Numbered from the stretch's first letter, positions 43,619-52,980 are shown. The stretch: 64,000 nt of DNA from Erythrobacteraceae bacterium (GCA_031399025.1 JANNOJ010000015.1:36306-100305); one strand, 5' to 3'. A program made the numbers and translations. The notes: generated from the sequence alone by a model not told the origin.

Positions 43619-46252
43619 TCAGAAGTCCACGGCGATGCGGGCGTAGTAATAGCCGCCGTTCGTGCCGTATGGACCGAAGGTGTACGGCGCGTTGATTACG
43701 CCCGAATTGTTGATGTAAGGCGAGCGGCCATTGAAGCCGACTGTCCCGGATGTGGGGTCGGCCGCATTATAATCTGCTACAAGTGGTGGGACTTCGGGTA
43801 TCTTGTCGAACAGGTTGTTTGCGCCCACTGTCACCGTGAAAAACTCGGTTAGGTCATAACTCAATTCCAGATCCACGATGGCCGTGGACTCCACCACTGC
43901 CTCGTAATAGCGTCCCTCGATAGGTGCTTGAGTGGTGGAATTCGAGTTCGGCTCCACCAATTGAGTTGTGTCGGAATACCAGTTCACGCGGGCATTCGCA
44001 CTGAAGGGACCGGACTGGAAAAAAGCGCCAAGGTTGACCTTGAAGTCCGGGCTGGCGCGTTCGACCGTGTCTTCGGCGGTGATGGTCCACAGCGTGCCGA
44101 GCGAACTGCTGTCAGTCACCCTGGTCTTGTTGTAGTTTGCACCCAGCGACAGATCCACTGTTCCGAAGGGCAGGTCGACCGGATAGCGGGCGGCCAGTTC
44201 AGCGCCGGTAGTTTCGGTGTCGATCCCGTTGGTGAAGGTCTGGATCGCCAAGGTGCCTGTCGCCAGCACGGTGGGGTCGAGTTGCTTGCCGCTGGCCTCG
44301 ATGGCGTCGAGCACCAGCTGATACGGGGTCAGGCCGTTGATCAGCGGAGTCAATACCTGGGTGGGGGGTGAGTTTGTACCGACATACCGTTGACCGGTGA
44401 TCGCGCCGGAAGACACGATCCGGTCGTTGATCTTGATGTAATAGCCATCAAGCGTCACCACCAGCCGGTCGATCGGGCGGATCACCGTACCCACTGAGAA
44501 GTTGAGCGATTCCTCCGGCCCAAGCGAGCCGAACCCGGCGCTAGCCGCACCGGATGAACTCGGCGCGAGTTGCAGCGTTGCCGAAGTGGGGCCGACATTG
44601 GTGGCCGAATAGCCCTGTTCCGCCAGGGTCGGGGCGCGGAAGCCGGTGCTGGCGGTGGCGCGCAGCGCGAACGCGTCGGAGAAATCATAGCGGGTGGTGA
44701 TCTTGCCGATCAGCGCGTCGCCGAAATCGCTATAGTCCTCGTACCGTCCGGCGAGGTCAACGGTCCAGCCTGCCAACGGATCGGAGATGAAGTTTACATA
44801 CACCGCCCTGGCCGTGCGATCGATCGTGCCTGCATCGGTGGCGGAATAGCCGGGGAAGGACTGGCCGCCCTCAACGTAAAGCGAAAGGTCGTCGCCCTGG
44901 AAGATCGTGTAGGTTTCGTCACGGAATTCGGCGCCGAAGGCGAATGTCAGCGGCTCGTTCAAGCCGATCTCGAACTCCTTGTTGACGTCGAGCGTGCCGA
45001 CAAACTGGTTGAACTGGAAGCCGCCATCGTAAAAGTCGGTCGGCGATTGGCCGGTATCGACATAGAGCGACGCGTTAACCGATTCGGTGGTGTAAACCTG
45101 CGCCACGTCTTCCGCATAGGTCCCGGACAGGTCCCAAAGCCACCCGCCCGCTTCACCCTCAATTCCGGTGGTGAGCGAGAATTCGTCCTGAAACACCTCG
45201 ATATGCGGCACCAGGCCGGTCTGCGCGGTGTTGGCAAAGCACTGGGTCGGGTCGTTGGTTTGCGCCACGTATCTATCTTGAGCAGCGTCATATCTGCGGC
45301 ACACGCGGGTCGGCACGCGGTAGCCCTGCAGCGCGTCACCGCTGCGGAATGAGACGTCCCCGAACGAGTAGACGTCGACCCCGCCGAAATCATAACCGAA
45401 GTTGAAGAAACCAACCGTCAACTGCGATGCGGGCTGACCGCCGTTGATGTTCGCGGTACCGCCATTGTCGGCCAGCTCCTGATAGATCGACGCGAACGCA
45501 GGAGCGACGGCGGCATTGGGCGTGCCGTCCACTCCTACCACTGAGATCTGCCCGTCGCCCTGCGTGGTCACATCATTGCGGCGATGTTGTAGGGCGAGAT
45601 CGAGGAAACCAGCATCGCCTACCTCGAGACCGAAATTCCCGCTGAGATTGTAGGTCCGCCCTTCACCGTCATAATACTCGCCAGCCGACCCGCGGAGCGC
45701 GGCGCCCGAGGTATCGCTCTTCAGGATGATGTTGATGACGCCGGCAATCGCATCCGATCCGTACACGGCGGCGGCGCCGTCCTGCAGGATCTCGATGCGC
45801 TCGATGATGTCGGGCGGGATGAGGTCGAGGCTGGGCGCGGCCGAGCCGCCGAAGGCGCCGTTGATGACCTGGAGGATGGCGTTGCCGTGGCGGCGCTTGC
45901 CGTTGACCAGCACCAGCGTGTGGTTGGGGCTGAGACCGCGCAGACGGGCAGACAGCGAGAAGCTCGCCATGTCGGTGCCCTGCGTCTGCGCCTGGAATGA
46001 GGGGACGAGCTGGGTCAGCGCCTGGTTGAGGTTGGGCTGGCCGACCCGGGAGAGCGCGTCTTCGGAGAGCAGCTGGATCGGCGCGGCGCTGTCGGCGGCG
46101 ATCTGGCCTGCAGCGCGGGTGCCGGTGACGATGATGACTTCCGCTTCAGCGACAGCGTCGGTGGTCGCCGTATCGTCCTGCGCGCGGGCGGTGGTGGAAA
46201 GGGCAGTCGAGGCAAGAAGTGCAAGTGCAATCGGTCGGGCAATACGCGACAT
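43619..46252 (-). CDS. TonB-dependent receptor
   Basis: 877 aa. Signal peptide, plug domain (VIIVTGTRA..., [29 protein letters not shown]), long beta-barrel, terminal aromatic residue (...ARIAVDF). Confidence 0.92.
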   Translation of the reverse strand: MSRIARPIALALLASTALSTTARAQDDTATTDAVAEAEVIIVTGTRAAGQIAADSAAPIQLLSEDALSRVGQPNLNQALTQLVPSFQAQTQGTDMASFSLSARLRGLSPNHTLVLVNGKRRHGNAILQVINGAFGGSAAPSLDLIPPDIIERIEILQDGAAAVYGSDAIAGVINIILKSDTSGAALRGSAGEYYDGEGRTYNLSGNFGLEVGDAGFLDLALQHRRNDVTTQGDGQISVVGVDGTPNAAVAPAFASIYQELADNGGTANINGGQPASQLTVGFFNFGYDFGGVDVYSFGDVSFRSGDALQGYRVPTRVCRRYDAAQDRYVAQTNDPTQCFANTAQTGLVPHIEVFQDEFSLTTGIEGEAGGWLWDLSGTYAEDVAQVYTTESVNASLYVDTGQSPTDFYDGGFQFNQFVGTLDVNKEFEIGLNEPLTFAFGAEFRDETYTIFQGDDLSLYVEGGQSFPGYSATDAGTIDRTARAVYVNFISDPLAGWTVDLAGRYEDYSDFGDALIGKITTRYDFSDAFALRATASTGFRAPTLAEQGYSATNVGPTSATLQLAPSSSGAASAGFGSLGPEESLNFSVGTVIRPIDRLVVTLDGYYIKINDRIVSSGAITGQRYVGTNSPPTQVLTPLINGLTPYQLVLDAIEASGKQLDPTVLATGTLAIQTFTNGIDTETTGAELAARYPVDLPFGTVDLSLGANYNKTRVTDSSSLGTLWTITAEDTVERASPDFKVNLGAFFQSGPFSANARVNWYSDTTQLVEPNSNSTTQAPIEGRYYEAVVESTAIVDLELSYDLTEFFTVTVGANNLFDKIPEVPPLVADYNAADPTSGTVGFNGRSPYINNSGVINAPYTFGPYGTNGGYYYARIAVDF

Positions 46253-46540
46253 TAGGTGGACCCCCCCATTTGGTTTCCTCGCTCTCCCTTGCTGAGCCGC
46301 ACGGCGGTGCTTTGATTTGTCTCTGGTTCATCGCTGCCTGCCCCGGCAGATGCGATCTCGGACACACCGGCTTGATGGCTGCTATCCAACCGATCGGCCG
46401 CACAAAGCCCATACGCCGATGTGCGTAGGGCTACCTGGCGAGGGTGGATGATAGGCACGCCCTGAATTTATCGAGGCTTTTCTATCGTGCGGCGGGCGTG
46501 CCGCGCCGTAGCGGAAAGCCCAGCACAGGGGAGGCCCGAA

Positions 46541-47059
46541 ATGATTGCCAGAACGTTTCCGATTGCCGCGCTGCTCGCCTGCGCCGCCGCGCTGCCCGCC
46601 CCGGCGGCGGCCGAGGGCGAGGTCATCCGCATCCAGCGCAATCCGGGCGCCTTCATCCTCGAGGCGGCGCGGGTTAACGCAGGCGCGGACGTGATCTACG
46701 TCTCGGGCCAGCTGCCCTCGCCGATCGACCCGGCCATGCCGATGAGCGAGGTGACCAGCATCGAGCAGATGGGCGACACCCGGACGCAGACCATCAGCAC
46801 TTTAGCCAAGATCCGTGACATTCTGGCAACACAGGGCTTCACCATGGGCGACGTGGTGAAGTTGACGCTGTTCGTGATGGCCGATCCGGCCACCGGGGAA
46901 ATGGATTTCGCCGGGGTCAACCAAGGCTTCCGCCAGTTCTTCGGGACGGCGGACAACCCCAATACGGTGGCGCGCTCGACCTTCGAGGTCGCCGGGCTGG
47001 TCGGTCCGCATTACCTGATCGAGATCGAGGCCATCGCCGCCCGCGCCCCGGCGCCCTGA
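46541..47059 (+). CDS. RidA/YjgF/UK114 (Rid) family protein with signal peptide (second copy)
   Basis: 172 aa. MIARTFPIAALLACAAALPAPAAA leader. VSGQLPSP...GDTRTQTISTLAKIRDILATQGFTMGDVVKLTLFV...VARSTFEVAGL...IEIEAIAA. GGGGAGG RBS. Divergent from the receptor gene. Confidence 0.8.
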   Translation: MIARTFPIAALLACAAALPAPAAAEGEVIRIQRNPGAFILEAARVNAGADVIYVSGQLPSPIDPAMPMSEVTSIEQMGDTRTQTISTLAKIRDILATQGFTMGDVVKLTLFVMADPATGEMDFAGVNQGFRQFFGTADNPNTVARSTFEVAGLVGPHYLIEIEAIAARAPAP

Positions 47060-47280
47060 CCTGCCGCGCAGGCCGACCAGCAAAGGTTTTTTGCGCGCGG
47101 TCTCCCACGCTGGGACAGCCAGCATGGCCCTCAGCCTGTCCGAATAAAGCGGCGCAGGTCGCACCCGCGCCGAGGGCGCTTATCGCGTTGTCTACGCAGT
47201 TTGACGTATAGGTACGTGCCTGCAGCAGCCTTGCGTCACGGTCGTGCGCTCAACCTGTGGCGTTGCTGACCAGCGGAAAG

Positions 47281-47410
47281 AAAAATGTCCGCAAATCGAG
47301 CAGGATTAATTTTCACCCTACAAATTTTTCGTGACATATCGATTAACATTACGTATCATCAAATTTTTTTATTATTTTCACTAAACTCGATTCTCATTTA
47401 TTTTGCTGTG
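47281..47410. other. AT-rich island (38 G+C of 130 nt by hand count, about 29 percent) in a genome of roughly two-thirds G+C
   Basis: aaaaatgtccgcaaatcgagcaggattaattttcaccctacaaatttttcgtgacatatcgattaacattacgtatcatcaaatttttttattattttcactaaactcgattctcatttattttgctgtg. Lies about 220 nt upstream of the UrcA-like gene. Confidence 0.9.
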
Positions 47411-47631
47411 AGCAGACCGGCGTCGATGCCGACATTACGCACTTACAGCATGAGAATGGCGGAATTCCAAGGTTTCTTTGGCAAAATGCGCTTGCGTCAC
47501 GGCAGGCGCGCGCCTACTTTGGGATCAGCGCATAAGAACGCAGGACCGGCCCGATGACGAATTCGCCACGGAGCCTGGCAGATGCGCCGGTAGATAGTTG
47601 AACAAAATAGCGATATTGCAGGAGAGTGAGC

Positions 47632-47943
47632 ATGAAAGTCATTAGCACGGCGATTCTCGCCGCGGGCCTTTTGGCCGTCGCATCCGCCGCTACGGCGGGC
47701 GAGCGTGAAGCCGTTTCGCTCCGGATCGATACCAGCGGCGTCAACTTCGCCGATCCGGTAGCGGTCGCCGCGTTCCATCGTCAGGTGGAGCGCCAGATCG
47801 AAGCGGTGTGCAACCCGGGTGACCGGATTAACTCCGACACCAAGCCCGACTTTGCGTGTCGCAAGGAAATGGCCGCCAGCCTGGACCCCACGCTCTACCA
47901 ATTGGCCGCACGCGCCAGCGGGCGCCGGATCGCCGGTTCCTGA
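47632..47943 (+). CDS. UrcA-family small secreted protein
   Basis: MKVISTAILAAGLLAVASAATAG signal, then VSLRIDTSGVNFADPVAVAAFHRQVERQIEAVCNP......CRKEM with two Cys, the usual UrcA layout. GGAGAG RBS 6 nt upstream. Confidence 0.6.
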   Translation: MKVISTAILAAGLLAVASAATAGEREAVSLRIDTSGVNFADPVAVAAFHRQVERQIEAVCNPGDRINSDTKPDFACRKEMAASLDPTLYQLAARASGRRIAGS

Positions 47944-48011
47944 TCAGCTCCGCCTGACCAGGTTCGCCTGAAAGGAAATCCTGGTAAAGGCAAAGGCCGG
48001 AAGGCAAAGGG

Positions 48012-48055
48012 AAGGCTGAAGGGAAGAGAACTCCCTTCGGCCTTCCTCTTTGCTT
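48012..48055 (+). terminator. rho-independent terminator between convergent urcA-like and response-regulator genes
   Basis: 13-bp stem AAGGCTGAAGGGA / TCCCTTCGGCCTT (one G-U pair), 7-nt loop, then CCTCTTTGCTT. Confidence 0.55.
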
Positions 48056-48077
48056 CGTGTCAGGCGAGCGCCGCGCG

Positions 48078-49001
48078 CTATTGCTCGATGACCCGGACGG
48101 CAATGGCTGCCGCCGCAGAGCGGGTTTCCACGCCCAGCTTCTCGAAAACGTGCTCGAGATGCTTCTGCACGGTCCGCGGGCTGATCTGCAGCACATCGCT
48201 GATGTCGCTGCTCGACTTGCCGTAACTGACCCACAACAGTACCTCCGCTTCGCGCCGGGTGAGGCCGAGCATGGCCGCCAGCCGTTCTATATCCTTGCGC
48301 GGGTTCAACTCGTTGAGCCGGATCAGCACTTCGTTCTCGCGGTAACGCGCCACCAGCACTAGCTCCACCATTCCATCGGGCGAGGCCCGGTCCACCCGCA
48401 CGCTGGCGCCGGTCGCGCCTGACGACAGCAGCCGCTCCAGCGGCGCGAGCAGCGCCGGCGGCAGGGCTTTGGCGCGCGACCAGCCGGGCACCAGCCGCGA
48501 CACTGCCGCTTCCGCACGCGGGGTGCACCATAGCAGGCTGCCGCGGGCATCGGTGGCCAGCATCAGCCGGCCGGTGGCATCGAGGCTGGCGGCGCTGGCG
48601 TGGGCCGCGCGGCCTTGCGCCATGTGCACCCGCACCCGGGCGAGCAATTCGGTGAGGTTCACCGGCTTTTTGACATAGTCCACCCCGCCGACCTCGAATG
48701 CCTCCACCACATGTTCGCTTTCAGTCAGCCCGGTCATGAAGATCACCGGGATCCCGGTAAGGCGGGGATTGCGCTTGATCCTCACGGTGGTCTCGAACCC
48801 GTCGATGCCCGGCATCACCGCATCGACGATGATCAGATCGGGCAGGAATCGGTCGAGCAGCTCGAGCGCGTTTTCGCCCGAGGTCGCAATCAGCACGGTG
48901 ATGTCCGCGCTTTCCAGCGTGTCGGTGATGACATGCAGCGATGCCGGCTCGTCATCGATCACCAGCACGGTGTCGGAGTGGCCGGGAATGGATGGTATCA
49001 T
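48078..49001 (-). CDS. response regulator: receiver + central domain + LuxR-type HTH
   Basis: 307 aa. VLVIDDEP...LIIVDAVMPGIDG...VIFMTG...YVKKP (intact receiver). C-terminal LTRREAEVLLWVSYGKSSSDISDVLQISPRTVQKHLEHVFEKLGV. ATG overlaps the kinase TGA. Confidence 0.85.
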   Translation of the reverse strand: MIPSIPGHSDTVLVIDDEPASLHVITDTLESADITVLIATSGENALELLDRFLPDLIIVDAVMPGIDGFETTVRIKRNPRLTGIPVIFMTGLTESEHVVEAFEVGGVDYVKKPVNLTELLARVRVHMAQGRAAHASAASLDATGRLMLATDARGSLLWCTPRAEAAVSRLVPGWSRAKALPPALLAPLERLLSSGATGASVRVDRASPDGMVELVLVARYRENEVLIRLNELNPRKDIERLAAMLGLTRREAEVLLWVSYGKSSSDISDVLQISPRTVQKHLEHVFEKLGVETRSAAAAIAVRVIEQ

Positions 49002-50821
49002 GCGCTCTCCAGCAGCTTGGCCATGCCGGCGAGATCGAACTCGTCCAGCGCGGCATAGAGCGCGCTCACCAGCCGGCCGTGGTTTGGCGCCGCGGTGCCC
49101 AGCATCGCGATCTCGGCCTCGATACCGCGCACATGGCCGATCTGGATGCGCTCGAGCAGCCGCTCGACATGCGCCCTGGCATTTGCCGGCAGCCCGCCGG
49201 GCGGCGGATCGACCGCCTCGCCAGCGCCGCCGGTTGCTTCCCATTTCCAAGAAAAATGCAGCAGCGCGGCGATCACTTCGGCCATCTCGTTCAGCCGATA
49301 TGGCTTGACGAAGAAGTGATCGTGCATCGGCCGGTCATATTGCGGGCGCTGGAATTCCTGCGAATTGGCCGAGGCCATGACGATGACCAGATCCGGTGCC
49401 GGCTCCGACCTCCCGGCGGGGCGCGCACGGGCGCGCAGGTGACTGGCGACATCCCAGCCGGACATTCCAGGCAGGCTGATATCGAGCACGGCGAGGTCGA
49501 AGTTGCGCGTGTCGCACAGCGCCACCGCGCTTTCGCCATCGGCCAGCGACACCACCTCCAGCCCGCAACCCGCCAGGAAGCTCTCCAGAAAGCCGCGCTG
49601 GTCGGCATCGTCGTCCACCAGCAGAACGGATCGGCGCGGGCCCTCATAGCCGGTGATTCGCCGGTGGATGGTTCCCCGCGCTTGCGCATTGGTCGGTTCC
49701 GCCAGCATCAGGGTGACGCGGAAGCAGGCGCCGCGGCCAGGCTCGCTCTCCAGTTCCAGATTGCCGCCGAGGATCTCGATTATTGCCTTGGTGATCGGCA
49801 GGCCCAGGCCGACGCCGGGGCGCACGTGGCGATCGGTCTTGTCCACCTGCTCGTAAGGATCGAAGATGCGTTGCTGGTTCTCCGGCGCGATGCCGGGGCC
49901 GGTGTCGGTGATCTCGATAGTGCCGATCTGGCCGCGATAGGCGAGGCGCATGGTCACCGTGCCGGCATCACTGAACTTGATCGCATTGCCGATGAGGTTG
50001 ATCAGCGCCTGGCGCAGCCGGTTCTGATCGGTGCGGACGAACTCGGGCGTCCAGGTGGTGGCCTCGTAGACGAAGTCCAGTCCCTTAGCCTCCGCGGCGG
50101 GGCGCATCATCAGCACGATCTGATCGATAAAATCGGGCAGCCGGACGATCTCGCTGCGCACCCGCAACATGCCGTGCTCCAGCCGCGAGATGTCGAGCAG
50201 GCTTTCGATGAGGCTGGTCATGTGTTCGGCGCAGCGGCGGATGATGCGCGCTGCCTCCTGTGGCCGCACGTCGGTTTCCTGTTCCACCAGCTGGGCATAG
50301 CCATAGATGGCGTTGAGCGGCGAGCGGATCTCGTGGCTGATATTCTCCAGATAACGGGTCTTGGCGAGGTTAGCGGCGTCGGCGTTCTCCATGCCGCGCC
50401 GGGCGGTCTCCATCCTCGCCGTGAGTCCGGCCACTTGCATGATGCGCAGGCGCAGCACGCGATAGCTGAGCACCGCCGCGCTGAAGCTGACCACGATCCC
50501 GATGACGATGATCTGGTGCAGCGACGTGCCATCCCTCGGGAGCGCGATCTCCAGCCCCAGCATCAAGGCATCGAGCAGCAGCGCGATCAGGATCAGGCCG
50601 ATGGCGAGCGGGGCCAAGACCTCGGGATTATCGAACTGGCGAAAAGCACCCTGGAAGCGGGGCTCTTCCGACCCCGCTGGCGGCGATACGGGCAGGTCGG
50701 CGGCGCTCGTCAACTCCGCCGGTCCGCGCGCGTGCGCACGGGAGCGGGTCCTGCCCCGGCGGCTCTCTCCTGCACTCTGTTTGACCCCGTCATCTGCCAA
50801 CCCGCGGGCGGTTTGCCGCAC
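48998..50821 (-). CDS. hybrid sensor histidine kinase/response regulator
   Basis: Two TM segments with a very short loop. H-box ISHEIRSPLNAI. ATPase boxes LINLIGNAIKF, DTGPGI, GVGLGL. Receiver SVLLVDDD...LAVLDISLPGMSG...FFVKP. C-terminal ~90 aa with GHVRG (possible HPt-like). Start (GTG 50821) uncertain. Confidence 0.85.
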   Translation of the reverse strand: MRQTARGLADDGVKQSAGESRRGRTRSRAHARGPAELTSAADLPVSPPAGSEEPRFQGAFRQFDNPEVLAPLAIGLILIALLLDALMLGLEIALPRDGTSLHQIIVIGIVVSFSAAVLSYRVLRLRIMQVAGLTARMETARRGMENADAANLAKTRYLENISHEIRSPLNAIYGYAQLVEQETDVRPQEAARIIRRCAEHMTSLIESLLDISRLEHGMLRVRSEIVRLPDFIDQIVLMMRPAAEAKGLDFVYEATTWTPEFVRTDQNRLRQALINLIGNAIKFSDAGTVTMRLAYRGQIGTIEITDTGPGIAPENQQRIFDPYEQVDKTDRHVRPGVGLGLPITKAIIEILGGNLELESEPGRGACFRVTLMLAEPTNAQARGTIHRRITGYEGPRRSVLLVDDDADQRGFLESFLAGCGLEVVSLADGESAVALCDTRNFDLAVLDISLPGMSGWDVASHLRARARPAGRSEPAPDLVIVMASANSQEFQRPQYDRPMHDHFFVKPYRLNEMAEVIAALLHFSWKWEATGGAGEAVDPPPGGLPANARAHVERLLERIQIGHVRGIEAEIAMLGTAAPNHGRLVSALYAALDEFDLAGMAKLLESA

Positions 50822-51049
50822 TCGTTACGCTGGCGACTATGGTGCAACGCAAGATCGGCGCGCGCAAGGGCGTCGCTGCTTGACACGCGCAGCGCAGCGA
50901 GTCGTGCGCCAAGGTGACGCAAAACTGCCACAGCCGGCGCGGCGGCACGCCGGTGACCCGATCAGCTTGGGCGGCTCACCAGACCGGCCGCCTCGCCGAG
51001 GGCTGCCGCCCTCATGCCGAACCGGGCAACGCCACGCAAAACGCCGCCA

Positions 51050-51478
51050 TCAGCCGCTCGGTTCCGCCGCGTCGAAATCAATCCGCCGCAGCGCGCGCGG
51101 TTCATCGGGCAGAGCGCGGCTTCCGGCAGGCGCGCCGTTGGCCTGCAGGATGAAGGCGATCACGCGGGCATTGTCCTGCGCCGACAAGGTGCCGGGCGCA
51201 TGTTGCGGCATGGCCCGGGCAATATAGTCGAACAGCTCGCCCACCGGCCGCCCGCCCCAATTGGCGACGAATTTGCCGACCAGGCCAGGTGTCTCCACCG
51301 TGCCTTCCAGCTGCCCGCCGTGACACATCGCGCATTGCCGCGCATAAAGCTGGCCGCCTTCCGCGGCCTGGAGTGCGGTATAAACGCCGTCGGCGCTGCC
51401 GCGGCCCGCCGCCGGCCCGCCGCCGACCGCCACCAGCGCCACCGCCCCCGCCAGGCTGGTCAGAAGCGGTTGCCTCAT
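51050..51478 (-). CDS. monohaem cytochrome c (partner of the DAAO-like flavoprotein)
   Basis: 142 aa. Signal MRQPLLTSLAGAVALVAVGG. Haem site CAMCH. ARAMPQH Met region. ATG overlaps the TGA of the upstream flavoprotein gene. Confidence 0.8.
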   Translation of the reverse strand: MRQPLLTSLAGAVALVAVGGGPAAGRGSADGVYTALQAAEGGQLYARQCAMCHGGQLEGTVETPGLVGKFVANWGGRPVGELFDYIARAMPQHAPGTLSAQDNARVIAFILQANGAPAGSRALPDEPRALRRIDFDAAEPSG

Positions 51479-52749
51479 GCCGCGTCCGCTTGCATGGTGA
51501 GCGGGGCGAACAGCGGGGCCAGCGCCGCCAGCGCCTCCTCGATCGGCGCGCGTGCGGGCAGTTCGGTGCTGTCGCCCACGCCCAGCATATCACCCAGATC
51601 GGGATTGTTGTTCATCAGGACGATGCCGTCCGCCTTGGACAGCAGCGACATGTTGCGCGAGCGCAATGCGTAATTCGCCTCCGGTTGCGGCACCAGCCAG
51701 CCGGTCTGGCCGCGCACCGGGATCACCGAGCGGTCCTGCCACAGGTCGCGCGCCGAATAGCCGGTGGCGTGGATCACCACCGGCTCGGGCAGTTCGCCCA
51801 ACTCCCCGGGCGAGTGAAAATTGCGCATCTCGAACTTGCCCCCGCGGCTGAAGAACTCGTCCAGCAGCAGGTTTCCGTAAGCGGGAAAGTTGAAATACAT
51901 CTGCGAGGTGCGCGTGGCGAACGGCGTGGCGAACGGGTTTTCCTCGGGCATCAGGGGTACCGCTTGCGGCACGATGTCGCGGATGCGCGAATCCAGATGA
52001 GCGAATTCGCTGTTCTGGTGCGGTTGCCCGGTGGTGTCGTAGCTGTCGCTGATCGCCGGGTCGGGTTCCCAGACGCGGCGGGTGATCGGCTCGTGCGACA
52101 CCGCATAGCTGTCGCCGAAAGCCACCGGATCGCCCGGCAGACCCAGCATCGTGCGGAACATCTTCCACGAGAACCGCGCCATCTGCTCCCACTGATAGGG
52201 AAACTGCGCGCCCGCGGGGCCGGCCAGGGCAATCCGCGAGCCGGGGGTGTAGGAGCCGCTCGCCCGCATCGAGCGGGTGCGGAAGAACTGCTCGCGGGCG
52301 TAGATCGTCACCTCCAGCCCGGCGCGCTGAGCGACGATTGCCGACGTGAGCCCGATGATCCCGCAGCCGACCACGGCGATCCGCTCGGGCAGCACCGACA
52401 GCGCCTTGCCCACCGCCACTTCGGCCGATCCCCAGGACAGCGACCAGCCGCTGCCGCCATGGCCGTAATTGTGGATCACCAGCCGGTCGCCGACCGTCTC
52501 GGTACCCAGGTTCGGCCCGGCCGCGCGCAACGGGCGGATGCAGCACTTGAGATCGATGAGCTGGTCGAGCGAGACCCGCATCGGCACCAGCTGCGGGCGG
52601 CTGCCGGCGGGCGCGGCCTGCATTGGTGAGGATTGGGCGCGAAGCGGCGCGGGCAAGGCCAGCGCGCCCGCCGCGCCGAGCACGCCCTTGATCACCGCGC
52701 GCCGCTCGCTGTGGATTTCGGCGGTTCGATGGTGTGGCAAGTGGCTCAA
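51475..52749 (-). CDS. Tat-signal FAD-dependent oxidoreductase, D-amino-acid-oxidase-like, apparently circularly permuted
   Basis: 424 aa. SERRAVIKGVLGAAGALALPAPLRA Tat leader. VIHNYGHGGSGWSLSWG (normally the DAAO C-terminus) at residues ~91-107, followed by the dinucleotide fold IAVVGCGIIGLTSA at ~124-137. PVRGQ later. TTG start. Confidence 0.8.
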   Translation of the reverse strand: MSHLPHHRTAEIHSERRAVIKGVLGAAGALALPAPLRAQSSPMQAAPAGSRPQLVPMRVSLDQLIDLKCCIRPLRAAGPNLGTETVGDRLVIHNYGHGGSGWSLSWGSAEVAVGKALSVLPERIAVVGCGIIGLTSAIVAQRAGLEVTIYAREQFFRTRSMRASGSYTPGSRIALAGPAGAQFPYQWEQMARFSWKMFRTMLGLPGDPVAFGDSYAVSHEPITRRVWEPDPAISDSYDTTGQPHQNSEFAHLDSRIRDIVPQAVPLMPEENPFATPFATRTSQMYFNFPAYGNLLLDEFFSRGGKFEMRNFHSPGELGELPEPVVIHATGYSARDLWQDRSVIPVRGQTGWLVPQPEANYALRSRNMSLLSKADGIVLMNNNPDLGDMLGVGDSTELPARAPIEEALAALAPLFAPLTMQADAA

Positions 52750-52980
52750 GACTGTTGTGCCCCGTTCTGCAAAACGTGGCTAGGCAGCGTTCGATCCGTT
52801 CGGAAATGAGGGAAAAGGCGTATTGCCGGCAGCCGGCACGCCGCCCGTCCCAGTTCGCTCACGCTCGTCGCTCCGCTCGCCGCTGCCGACCGGCCTGGCG
52901 TCGCGCTGCATCGTTAATTCGGAACGCTCGGCGGCTAAGGCCGTTCGTAATCCAAGAGGCCGAGCTGGAGGAGTGTGAGG

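Noticed and set aside
46253-46540. Possible riboswitch (cobalamin or TPP type) in the long leader upstream of the TonB-dependent receptor
   Set aside because: Reading the minus-strand leader, I could not find a B12 box or the TPP CUGAGA/ACCUGA core. There are only small generic hairpins, such as CTGCC..GGCAG. The region may still be regulatory, but no known RNA class is supported.
47285-47557. 90-codon ORF across the AT-rich island (MSANRAGLIFTLQIFRDISINITYHQIFLLFSLNSILIYF...)
   Set aside because: The composition simply mirrors the AT-rich DNA. There is no RBS, and codon usage is the opposite of all confident genes here. Treated as non-coding.
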